This document shows, piece after piece, positions 30,351 through 32,000 of a stretch of DNA of 32,000 nt (positions are counted from its first letter, which is position 1; each line of letters opens with the position of its first letter). The notes under the pieces were generated by a model. That model did no database searches and had not been told where the DNA came from. It saw only the letters and a list, made by a program, of their open reading frames with translations. Source of the stretch: Cenarchaeum sp. (GTDB lineage Archaea; Thermoproteota; Nitrososphaeria; Nitrososphaerales; Nitrosopumilaceae); assembly GCA_963692915.1 (NCBI GenBank), contig OY843584.1:1248000-1279999 (forward strand), given 5' to 3'. A program made the position numbers and the translations under genes.

Positions 30351-30923
30351 ATGGTCGCAGAGCGAATCCCATGGACGAGCGACTTTGTCGGCGTCGCGTA
30401 CCGCTATTATGACCTGCGCATGAACGTCGCGCCGCTCTTTGCGAACCGCAAGGAGGCCGTCGCCGCATGGCATGACACGATACGCTGGTGGATTGATCCG
30501 ACCATACGCGTCAGGTTCATCGAGGCCGGCGACGTCTATTGGTTTGCCATGGGAGCAGACTCGAAAAAGCCAGAGCAGAACGCCTCGTTCTTTAGGACTA
30601 TGCCAATGTCAGAGAACTATGAGAGGTTCAAGCGCGGCTGCGGTGGCGAGGCGTATGTGCGTCTCGGAATGTACGAAAAGAAGTCGCTCTCTGAGTCAAA
30701 GGACGACGACGTCTGCGAGTGCGGCCACGAGGGCGAGGATCACGAGGGCGACTCTTGTCTCATGGACGACTGCAAGTGCGAGTCCTTTGAGACCGTGCGA
30801 GTCACGCTATTGCACAAGAAAAAGACCGTCGGTGATATCGCGTTCCTTGACGTGGAGGCTGCGCGCGAGGACTCGCTTGCGTGGAACTGTATGTGCGCGC
30901 ACCGCCTCGGCGGCGCGTCATGA
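30351..30923 (+). CDS. Hypothetical protein, 190 aa, Trp-rich N-terminal half and an acidic Cys/His cluster
   Basis: The start is trimmed to the ATG at leaderless distance from the TATA box. It contains CECGHEGEDHEGDSCLMDDCKC plus a C-terminal NCMCAH. No family was recognised. Confidence 0.6.
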   Translation: MVAERIPWTSDFVGVAYRYYDLRMNVAPLFANRKEAVAAWHDTIRWWIDPTIRVRFIEAGDVYWFAMGADSKKPEQNASFFRTMPMSENYERFKRGCGGEAYVRLGMYEKKSLSESKDDDVCECGHEGEDHEGDSCLMDDCKCESFETVRVTLLHKKKTVGDIAFLDVEAAREDSLAWNCMCAHRLGGAS

Positions 30924-31073
30924 GATGCGCGTGTGCTCGCCCTCATAGTGCTCGCCGATAAGGTACGAATAGCACGCGCCGCACAGCGGGCTGCTGAGGT
31001 TCCATGACTCCATTGGGGCATAGCGCGGGCTCGCCGGCTTTGAGCACCGCGTGCACTTCTCCTTTCTGGCCAA
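30918..31073 (-). CDS. Small zinc-ribbon protein, 51 aa, TTG start
   Basis: Hand translation gives (M)ARKEKCTRCSKPASPRYAPMESWNLSSPLCGACYSYLIGEHYEGEHTRIS. GC3 is about 80% in this frame. A TATA box starts 32 nt upstream. Its stop shares TCATGA with the upstream gene. Confidence 0.5.
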   Translation of the reverse strand: MARKEKCTRCSKPASPRYAPMESWNLSSPLCGACYSYLIGEHYEGEHTRIS

Positions 31074-31097
31074 GCGTCAGGGATGCGCGTGTGTTGG

Positions 31098-31105
31098 TAT
31101 AAAAA
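31098..31105 (-). promoter_or_regulatory. TATA box (TTTTTATA on minus strand) for the 51-aa zinc-ribbon ORF
   Basis: Starts 32 nt upstream of the TTG at 31073. Confidence 0.45.
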
Positions 31106-31136
31106 CGGTGACAGATATCCGCACGGTAGCAGAGGG

Positions 31137-31144
31137 ATAAATAT
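31137..31144 (+). promoter_or_regulatory. TATA-like box ATAAATAT for the SDR gene
   Basis: Starts 30 nt upstream of ATG 31167. Confidence 0.5.
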
Positions 31145-31166
31145 GCGGGCGAGGCGGGGCGACCCC

Positions 31167-31988
31167 ATGAAGCGCGTAGCCCTTGTCACCGGATGCTCAT
31201 CGGGCATCGGCCTAGAGTCGGCCCTCGCGCTCGCAAGGGAGGGATACGCCGTGCGGGCAGGCGTTCGCGACGAGTCTCGGGCCGGCCCGCTCTCCGAGGC
31301 GGCGGCTGCCGAGTCCCTCGACGTGCGAACCGTTCGCCTTGACGTCGCCGACGGCGAGTCAGTGCGCGAGGCCACCGAGTCGGTTCTCAAGGACGCCGGT
31401 GCCGTCGACGTCCTAGTCAACAACGCCGGCTATGGCCTCTTTGGGTGCGTCGAGGACATCTCGCTTGATGACATGCGCGCACAGTTTGAGACCAACTTTT
31501 TTGGGGCTGTTGCCCTCATACAGCGCCTCGCGCCGTCGATGCGCGCTCGCGGGGCGGGCCGCATAATCAACATCAGTTCCGTGGCCGGCAGGATAGGCTT
31601 TCCATGCTCGCCGGCGTACGTGAGCTCAAAGTTTGCCCTAGAGGGCCTGAGCGAGTGCATGAGGTACGAGCTCGGCCCGCACGGCATTGAGACAGTCATC
31701 ATCGAGCCCGGAGTCATAAAGACGCCGTTCATGGACAACATAGTTGTGCCCGAGTCAGCCGACTCGCCGTACGCCGAGATTACGCAAAAGGTCATCAGTG
31801 GGATCAAGATGATGGCAAGCCTCGGCACGCCGCCATCCGAGGTCGCGCGCACCGTCGTAAAGGCCGCCACCGAAGAGAATCCCCCACCGCGCTATGTCGT
31901 CGGCAATGACGCGAGCATGTTCCTCGAGACACGCGCGTCGATGACTGACGCCGAGTTTGAAGAGTATATCAAAAAAGAGCTCTATTGA
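31167..31988 (+). CDS. Short-chain dehydrogenase/reductase (classical SDR)
   Basis: Contains VALVTGCSSGIG (TGxxxGxG), NNAG, and the catalytic S...YVSSK (YxxxK). The start is trimmed to MKRVALVTG. Confidence 0.9.
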   Translation: MKRVALVTGCSSGIGLESALALAREGYAVRAGVRDESRAGPLSEAAAAESLDVRTVRLDVADGESVREATESVLKDAGAVDVLVNNAGYGLFGCVEDISLDDMRAQFETNFFGAVALIQRLAPSMRARGAGRIINISSVAGRIGFPCSPAYVSSKFALEGLSECMRYELGPHGIETVIIEPGVIKTPFMDNIVVPESADSPYAEITQKVISGIKMMASLGTPPSEVARTVVKAATEENPPPRYVVGNDASMFLETRASMTDAEFEEYIKKELY

Positions 31989-32000
31989 GGCTGCTCGTCG

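Noticed and set aside
30740-31423. 227-aa minus-strand ORF spanning the Cys-rich gene 3' end, an intergenic region and the SDR 5' end
   Set aside because: It crosses two TATA boxes and two real genes, with low-complexity Ser/Arg/Ala composition. A different frame holds the plausible 51-aa zinc ribbon.

Overview
This is a compact, high-GC archaeal chromosomal segment (about 62-63% GC in hand-counted 60-nt lines of native genes). The gene content is clearly archaeal: Top6B, aIF1A, aIF2-beta, RIO kinase plus a KH protein, aTrm56, DUF373, DUF424, UPF0147, a cis-prenyltransferase and HMG-CoA reductase. A high-GC thaumarchaeon (Cenarchaeum/Nitrosopumilales-like) is my best taxonomic guess, by inference only. 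I call about 47 protein-coding genes, including five ORFs under 60 aa that are missing from the supplied track. I also call two tRNAs (Leu-CAG, Thr-CGU), about 24 TATA-type promoter boxes and one family of short dispersed repeats. I found no rRNA, CRISPR array, intact IS element or prophage. Most of the window is housekeeping: purA (partial), pyrF, a Nudix gene, uppS, hisG-hisD-hisC, hmgA, dnaJ, mtnP/apt, a Rieske protein, an AbrB-PhoU/hflX/trm56 operon, thiL/glmM and an SDR. Observations worth a second look: (1) A 13-mer, GTCCCTGCGATCA, recurs 5-6 times within about 870 bp, around a winged-helix regulator gene and two divergent mini membrane-protein genes just downstream of tRNA-Thr. (2) A 21-nt promoter module is shared 19/21 between dnaJ and an orphan Cys/His-rich protein gene; at dnaJ it predicts a leaderless 17-codon uORF coupled to dnaJ by ATGA. 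(3) The conserved N-terminal part of hisC is in frame but has no ATG, GTG or TTG start. (4) A gene at 19436-20123 appears frameshifted at a G5 run. (5) A low-GC islet (about 42-45%) carries a solitary SPPY-type DNA methyltransferase, and a second, compositionally native orphan SPPY methyltransferase lies 22 kb away. (6) A transposase-like coiled-coil N-terminal fragment ends inside the hisG TATA box. (7) Three window-wide architectural patterns stand out: a TATA box starting 30-32 nt upstream of nearly every first start codon (leaderless geometry), single TATA boxes shared by divergent units, and palindromic stop-stop overlaps (CTAG, CTATAG, TCATGA) at 5 of 9 convergent junctions. None of this amounts to a demonstrated new system. 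The 29.1-31.1 kb region is the best candidate for uncharacterised biology.
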